Shown: positions 62,341 through 64,000 of the stretch, in pieces | Numbering within the stretch: position 1 is the first letter of the stretch | How the letters are laid out: each line of letters starts with the position of its first letter | Assembly (NCBI GenBank): GCA_047947115.1 | Contig: CP170459.1 | Span: 1,312,001-1,376,000, forward strand | Reading direction: 5' to 3' | Source of the DNA: Verrucomicrobiota bacterium | Lineage (GTDB): Bacteria; Verrucomicrobiota; Verrucomicrobiia; Limisphaerales; AAA164-E04 | Length of the DNA: 64,000 nt | Notes under the pieces: generated by a model | The model's database searches: none | The model's input: only the letters and a program-made list of their open reading frames with translations | What the model was told of the DNA's origin: nothing | Position numbers and translations under genes: made by a program

Positions 62341-62457
62341 ACATAATTTCTAGATTCATATGCTAAGATATTACAAATTTTTTACTTTTATAGACCGTAG
62401 CTTTAAAAACTGACCATACTGCATTTAAGTTAAACTTGGAGCAATCGTAAGTTATTA

Positions 62458-63879
62458 ATGATTTTAGCTGCTAATTTATTCAAGGCATCAAAGAAAATAA
62501 ACTTTATCCAAATGAATACTAACATAAATAAAATATTAATCTACACAAAAAATATTCTTCCTTTATACTTTGGATTTTTTCTAGCTTTTGCTATTCGGTT
62601 TGGATGGCTAAATAATATTTTAAGCTTGCACAGTGCAGTTAGTTATACAAATTACTTTGTGTCATTAAGTGTTTTTTCGGTCTTAGTTATTGTATATAGC
62701 TTTTCGGAAGTCGAGGATAAAAATAAAAACATAAATTCATACAAATACGGTTTGCCGGCACTTTATTCTGTTTACATTAAAACTTTTATACTAATATTAA
62801 TTGTTTTATTTCTCTTACGGCTGGAGCCAACTGTTTCTAGAATATTTTATATTTTAAACTTTTTATTAAGCGTCACATTTATCGGTATAACTGATAAGCT
62901 GTATAATTCTGTCAAAAATAAATATAACTTAAGGTTTTCGTCAAAAAAACTTTGCTTTATTGGACCTAAGAATGAATTTTTAAACTTAATTAACAATAGC
63001 AACATAACTAAAATACAGAACATTGATTTAATACAAGTTGAGAAAATTAATACGCAAAATGTTAGCAAATTATTCAAAAACCTGCTCAAAAAAAAGTCGC
63101 ATAATTACTCTGATAGCTTTATCTTATATGATAACTTTTTAGACAGCAAAACTTTGAATTGTATCCTTCATGAAGCGAGCCTTTACTTAAAGACAATTTA
63201 TTTATTACCCTCTAATTATACTGAGTGGAATAACTCAGTCGGGATTGTGGAAATAGGAGGTGTACAACTAATATCATATCAAGATTATGAGCTGAATCGA
63301 TCCCATAATAGAATGCTAAAACGGTGCATTGACTTCGTAGGAAGTATTGTTGGAATTCTTATTAGTATACCATTAATTTTAGTATCGGGTTTTCTTATAT
63401 TTATAGAGGATCCAGGTCCCATATTCTTTGTGCAAAAAAGAGTCGGTAAAAATGGAAAGAATTTCAATATGTTTAAGTTACGAAGTATGCGTTTAGGTAG
63501 CCAATCTCAAGACAATCATCAACAGTCTACACTAAAAAATGATCCGCGAATGCTAAAAGTCGGAAGATTTATAAGAAAATATAACATTGACGAAACACCA
63601 CAGTTTTTTAATGTATTGATGGGTCAGATGAGTCTTGTAGGTCCTAGACCCGAACGTCCATTTCATTCTAAAAAATTAAGTTCTGAAATACCTTATTACA
63701 ATCAACGTTTGAGAGTAAAACCAGGAATGACGGGTTTAGCGCAAATTAAAGGATATCGAGGCGATACTGATTTAAACGAACGTATTAGATTGGATTTATT
63801 ATATATGGAAAACTGGGCGGTTTTTGATGATATTAACATTATGTTGCGTACAATCTTTAATTTTTCGAACGCATACTAG
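62458..63879 (+). CDS. Undecaprenyl-phosphate sugar phosphotransferase (WcaJ-like)
   Basis: N-terminal TMs; KRCIDF, QKRVG..GK.F.MFKLRSM, DETPQFFNVL.G.MSLVGPRPER, KPGMTGLAQI. Confidence 0.9.
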   Translation: MILAANLFKASKKINFIQMNTNINKILIYTKNILPLYFGFFLAFAIRFGWLNNILSLHSAVSYTNYFVSLSVFSVLVIVYSFSEVEDKNKNINSYKYGLPALYSVYIKTFILILIVLFLLRLEPTVSRIFYILNFLLSVTFIGITDKLYNSVKNKYNLRFSSKKLCFIGPKNEFLNLINNSNITKIQNIDLIQVEKINTQNVSKLFKNLLKKKSHNYSDSFILYDNFLDSKTLNCILHEASLYLKTIYLLPSNYTEWNNSVGIVEIGGVQLISYQDYELNRSHNRMLKRCIDFVGSIVGILISIPLILVSGFLIFIEDPGPIFFVQKRVGKNGKNFNMFKLRSMRLGSQSQDNHQQSTLKNDPRMLKVGRFIRKYNIDETPQFFNVLMGQMSLVGPRPERPFHSKKLSSEIPYYNQRLRVKPGMTGLAQIKGYRGDTDLNERIRLDLLYMENWAVFDDINIMLRTIFNFSNAY

Positions 63880-64000
63880 TCAATCACAAAAATTGTAATA
63901 AAAGTTTATTCAATAGTTCACGTAAGTAATAGACGCTAACCTGCAGTATTTAGGTTAAGTATTACATAATTCCAAACTTTTTAGACTCTTAAATGAATTC

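Overview
Bacterial window, most likely PVC superphylum (Verrucomicrobiota-like), inferred from the DUF1559 pilin-like, PSD1/DUF1553, DUF1501 and PVC-type heme-c genes. All family assignments come from motif recognition, not database searches. (1) 1-25.7 kb is mostly core and PVC-typical genes: LytS-type kinase, galE, rpsU, hrpB, ridA, rmuC, tcdA and cytochrome c proteins. (2) 26.2-43.3 kb is a co-oriented surface-polysaccharide locus (DegT/WbpE aminotransferase, gmd, epimerase, WbpA-like dehydrogenase, UDP-GlcA decarboxylase) interleaved with small toxin-antitoxin-type genes (MNT, HEPN, HicAB, HigBA, nucleotidyltransferase). From 29.65 to 43.3 kb every gene or gene pair is separated by a modular 230-700 bp structured spacer, 13 in total. 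The spacers are built from inverted arms (TTCACCACCCG...CACAGAG / CTCTGTG...CGGGTGGTGAA), two co-varying ~50-bp hairpins, a CTTTTAAGTGTGC box and GTAG-REP-like hairpins. This cassette-like array has no recognisable recombinase in the window and is the main finding. (3) After tRNA-His (43371-43447) come a YhcH/Ldh_2/HpcH-aldolase/CMP-transferase module, a nested IS graveyard (IS5, IS66, IS3, IS21-type ends, ISL3, IS4, IS1182-like) and very AT-rich wzx/GT2/SGNH/wzy/wcaJ-like genes.
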